Origin: Myxococcota bacterium
GTDB lineage: Bacteria > Myxococcota_C > UBA6777
NCBI GenBank assembly: GCA_023150835.1
Contig: JAKLKB010000005.1
Location: 62,001 to 94,991, forward strand
Length of the DNA stretch: 32,991 bases
Direction: 5' to 3'
The notes beneath the pieces were generated by a model. The model worked only from the letters and a program-made list of their open reading frames with translations, did not search any database and was not told the DNA's origin. This document shows, one piece after another, positions 8,474 to 17,381 of this stretch (the first letter of the stretch is position 1; each line of letters opens with the position of its first letter). The translations under genes and the position numbers were made by a program.

Positions 8474-9435
8474 TGGATCGCCTCCTGCCCGACTTGAAAC
8501 CCTGAAAAAGTCTTCTTGATCCACTCACGAAACGTCTTCGTTGCCGTAAAGACACACAAACTCTCAAACGGAGCCTCTTCGTCCACCGACGCCCCCTCCA
8601 ACGCGCTCCCACCCAACACCAGATGATAAGGCTGCGCAGGATCGTAAAACTCCGACAACACTCGCACACAGCGCAGCGCATCCGCCCTCTTGCGCGGCGG
8701 CACAAACGACACGCACACCATCTGCGCATCATACTTTTTCTGCGCCTTCGCGTACGCCTCCAGCGGCACATTCGCCCCCAAGTAGTATACCCGCCAACCC
8801 AGATGCTCCAACACGATCCGCGTACACAGCGCTCCGATCTGATGCTGCTCTCCCTCCGAACATCCCACCACCGCCCGTCTCGCCGATGTATCCGAGATCT
8901 GCAACGATGCCTCTCGCAGCTTCCTCAAACTGTGCAACGCATCCACAATCAACTGCGTGTACAAATGCTCTTGCCCCACATCGATCTCGCCCGACTCCCA
9001 CAAATTCCCCACATGCACCATCAACGCACGCACGCTCTGATCCATGATATCTTCAACAGGCACTTCCGCCCGCTGCTGCATATACAACCACAATGGCTCC
9101 AAAAGCTGCGGATGCGATCCCGAGATCCACTTCATCGCAAGCTGATTGATCAGCTCAAAATCCCCGCGTTCTCGGCTCGCTTCGATCCCCCACCACACCA
9201 TCGACTCGAACGGCTCGAACATCTGCAACGCCAACGGTATCGACCGCTCCCGCGCAAACCGCAACAAATCTTCCAACAAGATCCGCCGATGACCACCCCG
9301 CGTCTTTGTCGACACCATCTCTTCGTTGTTGCACCAACGCTTGATCGTCGACTCATGCACTTCCAACAGGTCCGCTGCTCGCGTTGTCGTCAACAAGATC
9401 TCGCTCAAATCGTTCTCTCGTGTATCCACATCCAT
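8470..9435 (-). CDS. carH: CarH/LitR-like cobalamin-binding transcriptional regulator (MerR/excisionase-type HTH + B12 domain)
   Basis: HTH LLTTTRAADLLEVHESTIKRW..KTRGGHRRI; W-x9-EH (WESGEIDVGQEH); ExHxxG (EQHQIG); YLGANVP; LGG. Start uncertain: ATG 9435 chosen, ORF extends to 9546. Confidence 0.85.
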   Translation of the reverse strand: MDVDTRENDLSEILLTTTRAADLLEVHESTIKRWCNNEEMVSTKTRGGHRRILLEDLLRFARERSIPLALQMFEPFESMVWWGIEASRERGDFELINQLAMKWISGSHPQLLEPLWLYMQQRAEVPVEDIMDQSVRALMVHVGNLWESGEIDVGQEHLYTQLIVDALHSLRKLREASLQISDTSARRAVVGCSEGEQHQIGALCTRIVLEHLGWRVYYLGANVPLEAYAKAQKKYDAQMVCVSFVPPRKRADALRCVRVLSEFYDPAQPYHLVLGGSALEGASVDEEAPFESLCVFTATKTFREWIKKTFSGFQVGQEAIQ

Positions 9436-9685
9436 CTCTGTTCGTTCTCCCAAAACGCTCATCGAACCTTCTCCGCTCATCCGCTTCTTACGAGACATGG
9501 CCTGTTTCTTTTGCTGCACCTGCCCATCGCTTCGCAGGCCCCTCACAAAAAACGACCAGCTTCGTCGAATAAACGATTTTCAGGCTCATAGGATGCTGAT
9601 CCACAAAAAAACGATGCTGTCTTTGTTTTCCCCAGTACAAATTTTAGGAGAGGACTTATGCGGTTGGACTTCGTTTCGTGGGGTG

Positions 9686-9919
9686 TCACTTCTTGTTTAT
9701 ACCTAAAAACGTCTCCCGTATGGGGAGTCCAGACCGGAGAGGTGCCCCCCCCTCGCCTCTTCGGTCTGTTCTTTCTTCTACAGTCGGCCAGCCCAACGCC
9801 GCTGCCCGCTCAAATAGCGGAGGTGTGGACGGCCTCTCGTAAACAAACACCTCTTCCATCGGTTCCAGCGTCTGTTGTTTCTTGCGGTGCATACGCAACA
9901 ACAGCACGATCCGCTCCAT
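9686..9919 (-). CDS. Small hypothetical protein (77 aa)
   Basis: ATG at 9919 in an ORF co-oriented with and upstream of the CarH-like gene; no recognisable motif. Confidence 0.3.
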   Translation of the reverse strand: MERIVLLLRMHRKKQQTLEPMEEVFVYERPSTPPLFERAAALGWPTVEERTDRRGEGGAPLRSGLPIRETFLGINKK

Positions 9920-10114
9920 TCGATCGATACGTCTCACCGCTTTGACTCCTTCCCGCTCCACAAAAACCACCGAATATCCGGCAAAAACAAACCCCACTTA
10001 CCAACGCTCAACAAGATGCTTTATGCCCGTGTGTTCTGCCAGATCGCGACACGCGGCCGATCGCCCTAAAAAGCCCAACCAAACAAGCCTATTTTGCGGG
10101 ACTTTTTAAACTCT

Positions 10115-10143
10115 TTGCGTTTGTAAGCGGCATGGGCTACGAT
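10115..10143 (+). promoter_or_regulatory. Sigma70-type promoter of the ATPase operon
   Basis: TTGCGT-17 nt-TACGAT. It overlaps ATG 10142, so ATG 10172 (after GGGAGGAGG) is the preferred start. Confidence 0.55.
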
Positions 10144-10171
10144 GGCGGCCTTCCACAGGGAGGAGGCTGCG

Positions 10172-11500
10172 ATGTTGTTTGTGGGTCGCCGAGGACCAGT
10201 TGCAGAATTAAGCGCTTGGCTTCAAGAAGAAACGGTCTCCAAAGAACCCGTACGGCTGGGGAGTATCTCGGGAGCGGGAGGGATCGGAAAGAGCTTTTTG
10301 CTCGAACATTGTTTGCGCAACACGCCGCATTTTTCGTTGGAAGATCAGCTTGTTGTCCGTTTTGAAGGGCAGCAACAACCGCGCAGCCTTGTGCAGCTTT
10401 TTGCGGTGGAATGGTTGGCCCAGTTGGATGCGCGCCATCCGAGCCTACCCAAGGGCAGTTTTGTTCGTCTGCGTGAATTGTCCGACCAATACAAGCGGAT
10501 CATGGAGCAGATGGGATCTGTGGCGTTGCGTTCGGGAGAAGAGGGCTTGCGCGAGGTCTTGCAGGCGCTGCTGCGATTTGGGCTTTGCCCAGAACGTGCG
10601 TTGCCGTTGCGTCCGTTTGAACTGGCCTTTGCTTCGGTCGATGACACAACGCTTGAAGAAGCCATACGCTGGCTACGAGAACAGCGAGGTTTGCGCACCG
10701 AGTGGCAATGGTGGTCTCGCATCGGCGTTTGGAAAGGAAAGGGCCTACGAAACCGATTGCGCCGCGATCTTCATGCGACGTTAAGCGATGTACTGGCTTA
10801 TGACCTTGACACTTTGTTCCGACACAAACACCGCTCTGTCCGACAGTTGCTGTTGATCTTTGACGATTACGAAAGTCTCTCGCCGATCGTTGGGGATTTT
10901 TTGGTGGATGATCTACTCCCACGAATCAAATCCGCGCATTATCCGAGCTTATTGTTGTTTTTAGGCCGCGACTCCTTGCTTGCCACACATCCCGAATGGG
11001 GGCAACATTATCGACCGTTGCTTGGCACACGTCAGATCGAGCTACGGCCCTTTACGCGCCCTGAAGCCGAAGAATTCATCCGCCGCAAGGGAATCTTACA
11101 AACCGAAGCGATCGATCGGGTGTGGGAACGCACACAAGGTTTCCCCTTTTTGTTGGACACAGAGTGCGACGACGAAAAAACGGGCGGAACTTCTGCGTTG
11201 GGACTCAAGCTGTTTTATCAACGCTTGACACGTTGGATGACGCCGATCCAACGTCGTTGGTTGTTGCCGCTATGTTTTCTTGATGAGATCAACCTTGAAA
11301 CCGTGTCCTCGATCTTGCCCGATACATCGGCTGAAACCGTACTGGCTTGGTTCAAAGAAGAAGCCTCCTTGCGCGATCCACACGCAGCACGCTGGCAAGT
11401 GATCCCCTTTGTTCGACAGCGTTTGCTGCAATACATCCAAAATGACTCCCCACAACAATACGCCCGCTGGACAACACTCGCCCGTAGGAGTTTTCCGTGA
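10172..11500 (+). CDS. STAND/AAA_16-like P-loop NTPase without an obvious sensor or effector domain
   Basis: N-terminal FVGR, Walker A GAGGIGKS, Walker B LLLIFDDYE, LLFLGR, LRPFTRPEAEEF and TQGFPFLL (GxP). Confidence 0.85.
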   Translation: MLFVGRRGPVAELSAWLQEETVSKEPVRLGSISGAGGIGKSFLLEHCLRNTPHFSLEDQLVVRFEGQQQPRSLVQLFAVEWLAQLDARHPSLPKGSFVRLRELSDQYKRIMEQMGSVALRSGEEGLREVLQALLRFGLCPERALPLRPFELAFASVDDTTLEEAIRWLREQRGLRTEWQWWSRIGVWKGKGLRNRLRRDLHATLSDVLAYDLDTLFRHKHRSVRQLLLIFDDYESLSPIVGDFLVDDLLPRIKSAHYPSLLLFLGRDSLLATHPEWGQHYRPLLGTRQIELRPFTRPEAEEFIRRKGILQTEAIDRVWERTQGFPFLLDTECDDEKTGGTSALGLKLFYQRLTRWMTPIQRRWLLPLCFLDEINLETVSSILPDTSAETVLAWFKEEASLRDPHAARWQVIPFVRQRLLQYIQNDSPQQYARWTTLARRSFP

Positions 11501-11754
11501 CTGATTCATTGACTTGGACGCTGCTTCCGCCCTTGCCTGCTTCGCCTCCGACGCTCGGCTTGATCGGTCTTGGCTCACGATGGCAAACCACACAAGCCGA
11601 ACTCCAACGATGCGCCTCTTCCGCTGCTCTTGCGCTTGCTACGCCGACCGCTCGGACACCTTGGTCGGTCGCGCTCTGGCAACATCCCATCCCCTCGCTA
11701 CCCAAAACACCCAAGACTTGGCTCTCACTGCCTTCTCAAAGGAAATTCTTATGA
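11497..11754 (+). CDS. Small hypothetical protein (85 aa), translationally coupled on both sides
   Basis: GTG start overlaps the ATPase stop (GTGA 11497-11500); its TGA overlaps the next ATG (ATGA 11751-11754). Confidence 0.45.
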   Translation: MTDSLTWTLLPPLPASPPTLGLIGLGSRWQTTQAELQRCASSAALALATPTARTPWSVALWQHPIPSLPKTPKTWLSLPSQRKFL

Positions 11755-12353
11755 CCACACCACTCCAAGAAACCATGCAGATCGTCATGCAAGCACAAGC
11801 GATCCAACACCAATTCCACAAAAACCTCGCGGACCTTTTTCGCTTGCTCGTCGCAGAACTCGAAGAAAGTGATCTCGCTTACACTCCGCTGCTTGAGCGC
11901 GGTGCGCTGTGGACTTCCTCGATATCTCCGCTCCTTCGCGAAGCCAAGTCTTGGCAGATCAAGCACTTTGCCATGCCTCTCGTCCCCCAAGACTCAGACC
12001 ACCCCTTTCTTTTGCTACATGTCTCGACAGACGAACAATTCTCCTCTGCTCCCGAACTTTGGCTTGGCCTTATCCGCAACCTCGATAATTTTGGTGTAGA
12101 AAAATATCCCTACCTCGATTCTCTAGAGTATATCTTTCGCGATTACTTTGGCCCTGAAGAAACATGGACCGAACCACGAACTTGGTACGAAGACTCGATC
12201 GAGGATGAGCGTATTCAAGCCGATCTTGCATTTTACTGTATCCCTTTGTCGGCTCTTGAGGACGTCTTCGCTGCCCGAAAAGAGATCCGTGATCCCATAC
12301 AGCGATACATCACAGAAGATGATTCATCCCATCATCGGAGTAAGTCCCGTTGA
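11751..12353 (+). CDS. Hypothetical acidic protein (200 aa)
   Basis: ATG 11751 with AAGGA RBS; globular-looking sequence; stop overlaps the next TTG (TTGA). Confidence 0.75.
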   Translation: MTTPLQETMQIVMQAQAIQHQFHKNLADLFRLLVAELEESDLAYTPLLERGALWTSSISPLLREAKSWQIKHFAMPLVPQDSDHPFLLLHVSTDEQFSSAPELWLGLIRNLDNFGVEKYPYLDSLEYIFRDYFGPEETWTEPRTWYEDSIEDERIQADLAFYCIPLSALEDVFAARKEIRDPIQRYITEDDSSHHRSKSR

Positions 12354-13105
12354 ACGAAGAGAAAAAGACCCAGATCGAAAGCCATCCTCTGCTTGACGAA
12401 AAAAAAGCGAGCGAGCCGCACGTCCCCATCCGCCTTTCTTTTCACACGCTCAACAACCACCTCGCCGCGTGCCGAGGCTATGCCGAACTGCTTGCACGTC
12501 TTCCTGCTCTTCCGCCCGAAGCGACCGAATACAGCAAGCAGTTATCGCGTGCGCTTGGTGACGCGCTGGTAAGTGCGATGGCGCTCGAACAACAAGCCAA
12601 AGAACGCGCTTCCGAAGTACCCGTTGCGGACGTTGGCACAAAGACTCCCCCCAAAACAGAGATCGGCGCTCGTGCTTCTTCGGATGAAAACCAGATCGCT
12701 TGCGAGACGCTTTTAATTGTGGAAGACGACGAAGCTTTTCGTGAGATGTTGACCAACTATCTTCAACGCCGTGGCTACACGATCCTCGCCGCCCAAAACG
12801 GCGAAGAAGGGATCACGAGGATCCAACAACATCTCGAAGATATCGATGCGGTGTTGCTGGATCGGCACATGCCGCGCTGTGATGGACTCGAATTCTTAGA
12901 AGAGATGCGCCGATATGCCCCTCGCTTGCGCGTCGTGATGCTCAGCGGCAACGACCTTGAACACGAGCGCACGATCTTAGAACGATACGGTGTCTTTTCT
13001 CATCTCAAAAAACCCTTTTCTCTTCGGGTGTTATCCCACACACTCCGTCAACTCTTCGCCGCCCCTCCCCCTTCCCCTCTGCTTTCCCCCTCAAACGACG
13101 AATGA
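12350..13105 (+). CDS. Response-regulator receiver protein with an N-terminal HisKA-like helix and no HATPase domain
   Basis: H-box-like SFHTLNNHLAACRGYAELL; receiver motifs LLIVEDD, VLLDRHMP, VMLSG and LKKPF. Confidence 0.8.
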   Translation: MNEEKKTQIESHPLLDEKKASEPHVPIRLSFHTLNNHLAACRGYAELLARLPALPPEATEYSKQLSRALGDALVSAMALEQQAKERASEVPVADVGTKTPPKTEIGARASSDENQIACETLLIVEDDEAFREMLTNYLQRRGYTILAAQNGEEGITRIQQHLEDIDAVLLDRHMPRCDGLEFLEEMRRYAPRLRVVMLSGNDLEHERTILERYGVFSHLKKPFSLRVLSHTLRQLFAAPPPSPLLSPSNDE

Positions 13106-13207
13106 TCGTCCCCCCCCAACGAGAAACAACGCTCTCCACCTCAGACCTTTTCCCCTTCAGACCTTTTTTCGCCAGACTTTCTCCCTCTCAGACCACGACA
13201 AACAACG

Positions 13208-14449
13208 CTACGGATTGACGGCAAACAGATAACGTCCTGCCGAAACATACAACGTTTGCTTTCCGCGCTTTTCATCCCCGTAATAGATCGGTGCGTTGTC
13301 CACCCATCCATGCAGATCCAACTGCCACAAGATCTTTCCTTCACTATCAAGCGCCGTTAGATACTCGTTGACCGAGCCAAAAAAGATCTTGCGGTTCTTT
13401 GGATCGCGAGACGAATTCGTCTCCGCTGTGGCTTGGATATAACCTTCGGTGTGTTCTTGCCGCTTGTGTTCGCCGCTTTTGTTGTCTTTTTGATACAGAC
13501 CACTTTGAAAACGCCAGATCTGCTCGCCACTTTGAGAGCGGATCGCATAAAACCAACCATCATCCGCCCCGATGTAGATCGTTCCATCCGCACCGATACG
13601 CGGACTCGATAGCAAGGGGTGAAGCTTTTGCGTCTCCTCGCTTTTTTCTGTTGAAAACTCCCACACCTTCTTCCATCGCCTCGCTCCATCGGGCTTAAAC
13701 GACATCAGCTTACCATTTTGACAAGCCACATACGTTGTCCCATCCGTATCTGTCACGGTAGACGAAGAGATCCGATCGCAGATCTGATCCGACCAAAGCG
13801 GCGAACCATCGGTCATGCGGATCACATGCAAGACACCGTTTTGATCGCCCACAAACATCATGCCCCGTTCTTCAAAAAACGACGGCTTGGCCCCACGAAA
13901 AGGATAACTCCCATCATACGGCTTGCTCCAACGCAGACGATTTGCTTCGCTCACATCGTTTCCGGGGCGCAACGAATATACCCGCATATCTTTGGAGGCG
14001 ACGTAGACATAACCTTCGCTATCGACGGCAGGAGGCGATTCGATCGAGTTTTGTGTCCGATAAGACCACAGCTTGCGGCCTGTGGTGGACACAGCGTACA
14101 AACTGCCGTCTGTCGAGCTTACATAGATCACGCTCGAATCTGCCGAAGTTTCAGGCGAAGCAACCACCAGTCCGTCCGTTTCAAAGCGCCAACGCAACTT
14201 CCCTTCCGAAGAGACGGCTGTGAGCGACTTGTCGAGCGTCGTGACGTAGATGGTGCCGTCGAATCCGACTTTGGGTGTTGAAACGATCCGTTCGCTGGCC
14301 TTGAAATACCAACGCGGCATCCCACTACGCGTCGGATGGGTGGGGATCATCAACGCGGGCAAAGGTTTCGGTGGCTTGGGGGCAGGATGTTGACAAGCAG
14401 GCAACGCCACAAGACAGCCAAGCCAAACGATCTCCCAAAAACGACGCAT
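13208..14449 (-). CDS. PQQ-like beta-propeller (BamB-like) lipoprotein
   Basis: Signal peptide MRRFWEIVWLGCLVALPA-C; repeated SxP..DGTIYVxSxDGxLYAV..GKLxW blades; GAGG RBS. Confidence 0.85.
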   Translation of the reverse strand: MRRFWEIVWLGCLVALPACQHPAPKPPKPLPALMIPTHPTRSGMPRWYFKASERIVSTPKVGFDGTIYVTTLDKSLTAVSSEGKLRWRFETDGLVVASPETSADSSVIYVSSTDGSLYAVSTTGRKLWSYRTQNSIESPPAVDSEGYVYVASKDMRVYSLRPGNDVSEANRLRWSKPYDGSYPFRGAKPSFFEERGMMFVGDQNGVLHVIRMTDGSPLWSDQICDRISSSTVTDTDGTTYVACQNGKLMSFKPDGARRWKKVWEFSTEKSEETQKLHPLLSSPRIGADGTIYIGADDGWFYAIRSQSGEQIWRFQSGLYQKDNKSGEHKRQEHTEGYIQATAETNSSRDPKNRKIFFGSVNEYLTALDSEGKILWQLDLHGWVDNAPIYYGDEKRGKQTLYVSAGRYLFAVNP

Positions 14450-14523
14450 ACGCACCTCGCAATCCAAACTGGCGAATCCCAAAGACCCAAGCCCCTTGAG
14501 CCTTTGACGGCGGCTTCCTTCGC

Positions 14524-15624
14524 TCAAGGGCGATTCGAGCCACCTAGCAACAAACGATCATCTTGCACACATTCTCCGAGGACTTGGCCATTTAACAAAA
14601 GGATCTCCAACTCCGCAAGGAAAAATAAAAAGCGCTGGATATCCTCAAACCCGATACCGCCCGCCCGTTCGCCCGCTCGGATCAATTCCCACAGCGTCGA
14701 ACGCCCCCGCTTGGCTTGGTTGTAAAGCCGCGCTTCTTGGGGCGTCATCTTGAGATCGTCCAAACTCACCACTTCGTTTTCGCCGATCGACACTTGGCAA
14801 TGGTAATACGGCTCCATATACCACTGCAAACGTTTGCTCAAATAGGCATGAAACACACCCGCTTTGATCAAAGACAATGGCTGAAGCTGCAACGGAATCG
14901 GCGTCTCATGTGGTTTTTCATTCGCAAAAAACAAGTAGCGTCCTCGTCGAAAAAAGAACGAATCGATCACAAACCCCGACATCTGGTCTCGGTAGACCTC
15001 AGAAAGCGTGTATGGATCGACGATCCCCGTCGCCACAAGATGATGGCCCAAAAAAGAGGTGCCGGGACGTGTCGCACGCTGCGCAAACTCCCGTAGCTGC
15101 TGCGCTGGAGCGATTCGACGTTCCGCCAACCGCTGCACCAGATCTTCGGGGTCGCTCAACGACGGCAACATCTGCGCAACCCCACGCACAAAAAAGATCT
15201 GCCGTTCGCTTTGATCTTCGGCAGTTAACAACAAACGACCGCTGGCTTGTTGGCTATACAGCCCATACAACAAACGAGGCAACGGGACGTCTTCGAGTTG
15301 TCCCGCATACATCGGCGCTTGGAGCGCGGGCGCTGCGTGGCTTTCGGGAAAGATCACCCGCATCGGTTGGAGATCTTCGAGCAACACCTCTGCGGGCAAC
15401 CCTTCGACCACATCCAACGAAGACGAAGAACGCACCTCGCGCAAAACGTCCTTGAGTTCGGGATAATCGACAAGCGGGCGAAAGGGCTTCCCCACCACCG
15501 CAAGGCTCGAACTATCCGAAACACGGCGCGAACGCACAAGCTCCTGCACTTTTTGCAAAGTCAGAGGCCCCACCAAATCGCCGTTGAGGTCGCGTAACGC
15601 ATAAAGCTGTCTTGCATCACTCAT
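14524..15624 (-). CDS. DUF4388-like domain protein with GYF_2-like N-terminus
   Basis: N-terminal LVGPLTLQKVQELV; GQLEDVPLPRLLYGLYSQQASGRLLL..RQIFFVRG, LGHHLVATG and GRYLF. Confidence 0.7.
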   Translation of the reverse strand: MSDARQLYALRDLNGDLVGPLTLQKVQELVRSRRVSDSSSLAVVGKPFRPLVDYPELKDVLREVRSSSSLDVVEGLPAEVLLEDLQPMRVIFPESHAAPALQAPMYAGQLEDVPLPRLLYGLYSQQASGRLLLTAEDQSERQIFFVRGVAQMLPSLSDPEDLVQRLAERRIAPAQQLREFAQRATRPGTSFLGHHLVATGIVDPYTLSEVYRDQMSGFVIDSFFFRRGRYLFFANEKPHETPIPLQLQPLSLIKAGVFHAYLSKRLQWYMEPYYHCQVSIGENEVVSLDDLKMTPQEARLYNQAKRGRSTLWELIRAGERAGGIGFEDIQRFLFFLAELEILLLNGQVLGECVQDDRLLLGGSNRP

Positions 15625-15664
15625 CGCTCCACCCTACACCATCGTTCGCCGCACAAGCCTCCGA

Positions 15665-17284
15665 TTACTCGGGCTTTGCTCCGTTGGGTTCTTCGTCGGC
15701 TTCGTAGCGCGCCAAGATCGCCGCTCCGACCAGATCGCCCCACACGTTGACTGTCGTTCGACACATATCCAACAACCGATCCACCGCCAAGATCACTCCG
15801 ATCCCTGCGATCGGCAAACCCACAGCCGCCAACACCATCACCATCGTCACGGTCCCTGCGCTTGGGATGCCTGCCGCACCGACCGCCGCCAAACCCGCCG
15901 TCAAAAAGATCAGCGCCTGCGGACCCAGACCCAGATCGATCCCATACAACTGCGCAATAAACATCGCTGCCACCGCCTCATACAACGCTGTACCGTCCAT
16001 ATTCACGGTCGCTCCAAGCGGCAACACAAAACCGGATACCCGCTTCGGAATCCCTGCGTTGTTCTCCACCACTTCCAAACTCACAGGCAACGTCGCCGAC
16101 GAGGACGAAGTGCTAAACGCTACGCTCAACGCATCCCGTACCTGCAAAAAATAACGCCATGGCGACACTCGACCAAATACCCACAAGATCAAAGGCAACA
16201 CGATCACTGCGTGGATCAACAAGCCGATCACCACGCAAAACATGTACTTCGCAAGCAAAAACAAGATATCAAGGCCGCTTCGTGCGATCTGTGTCGCCAT
16301 CAATGAAAACACCCCGATCGGTGTCAGCTTCATCACCAACGCCACAAAACGCATCATCGCTTCGTTCAATGCTTCCGCAAGATCCAGCACTTTTCGACCT
16401 TGCTCGCCCATCCGCACCAAGATCAACCCCAGTATCAGCGCAAAAAGGATCACGGCCAGCACGTTGTTTGTGGTCAAAGCCACAAACGGATTTTGCAAGA
16501 TCTTTCCGATCTGCGCCCGCAAAAAACTCTCGACTGTGAGTGGCGCTCCCTTGCTACGGGCTTCTGCGCGCATCTCTTGCGCGGCCTTCATCCCCCGACG
16601 AACACCCACTTGCGCATAAATCAACTCTGTGCGCAGACGGCCTTCTATCCGACGAAGACGCCTCTCTTTCGAGAGATCAGACAAAAAGATCTTCTCGATC
16701 TCCATACGCGAACGCTGCGCCAACTTCTTTGCGCGTTCTTCTTGCTTGGCACTTGGCGGGCGATAACTCTGCAAGCTCTCGCGCACAAACAAAGACTCGA
16801 ACGCATCCATCCGCGTACGCAGATTTTTCAAAGCCACAGGTTCTGCTCGCTCGCCCGTCCGCACTTTTTTTGTTGCGCTTTGTGTGGTCGGCGGCGCAAC
16901 CCGAAGCTCACGTCCCCCCCCGCTCTGTTCGTGTGTTTGCGTAAGATGTTGCACCAAGGCCGACGGCAACGGCGTTTCCCCCGGTCGGATCACGTTCACC
17001 AAGATCAACCCAATGATGATCGCAAGAAACGTCGTCAGCATATAATAGACGATCGTGCGTCTCCCCATTCTCCCCAAATCATCGGGGTTTCCTAACGATC
17101 CGACCCCTGCGATCATCGTCACCAAGATCAGCGGCATGATCAACATCATCAGCGCCGCCATAAAGATCTCCCCCAACCAACTCAATCGCAACGCTGTCTC
17201 AGGAGACGCCACGCCCAACACCACGCCCGCCAACAACGCAAGAAAGATCTGTACCGTCAAACCCACTTTTTTTTCTGTTCTCAT
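15665..17284 (-). CDS. Dicarboxylate/amino acid:cation symporter (DAACS, GltP/GltT-like) with a large loop insertion
   Basis: AFSTSSSSATLP, LPLGATVNMDGTALYE, GAAGIP and DRLLDMCRTTVNVWGD. Confidence 0.95.
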   Translation of the reverse strand: MRTEKKVGLTVQIFLALLAGVVLGVASPETALRLSWLGEIFMAALMMLIMPLILVTMIAGVGSLGNPDDLGRMGRRTIVYYMLTTFLAIIIGLILVNVIRPGETPLPSALVQHLTQTHEQSGGGRELRVAPPTTQSATKKVRTGERAEPVALKNLRTRMDAFESLFVRESLQSYRPPSAKQEERAKKLAQRSRMEIEKIFLSDLSKERRLRRIEGRLRTELIYAQVGVRRGMKAAQEMRAEARSKGAPLTVESFLRAQIGKILQNPFVALTTNNVLAVILFALILGLILVRMGEQGRKVLDLAEALNEAMMRFVALVMKLTPIGVFSLMATQIARSGLDILFLLAKYMFCVVIGLLIHAVIVLPLILWVFGRVSPWRYFLQVRDALSVAFSTSSSSATLPVSLEVVENNAGIPKRVSGFVLPLGATVNMDGTALYEAVAAMFIAQLYGIDLGLGPQALIFLTAGLAAVGAAGIPSAGTVTMVMVLAAVGLPIAGIGVILAVDRLLDMCRTTVNVWGDLVGAAILARYEADEEPNGAKPE

Positions 17285-17381
17285 CCGCTCCGCCTAGCCG
17301 CGCAGAACACCTCGATCTGCTGCGTTTCAACTCTTCCGCTGCACTTTTTTTCTCACACCACAACAGGCCATCCCGCCCTCG

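Noticed and set aside
8474-8524. ORF-track start of the fusion at 8524
   Set aside because: It would overlap the regulator by 55 nt; GTG 8473 has AGGAGG and a GTGA coupling.
9436-9700. Canonical CarH operator (11-bp direct repeats with TnnACA)
   Set aside because: No convincing 11-bp-phased array was found by eye here or upstream of crtI.
11514-11750. N-terminal extension of the 279-aa ORF
   Set aside because: ATG 11751 has an RBS, and the upstream interval is better explained by the doubly coupled 85-aa ORF.
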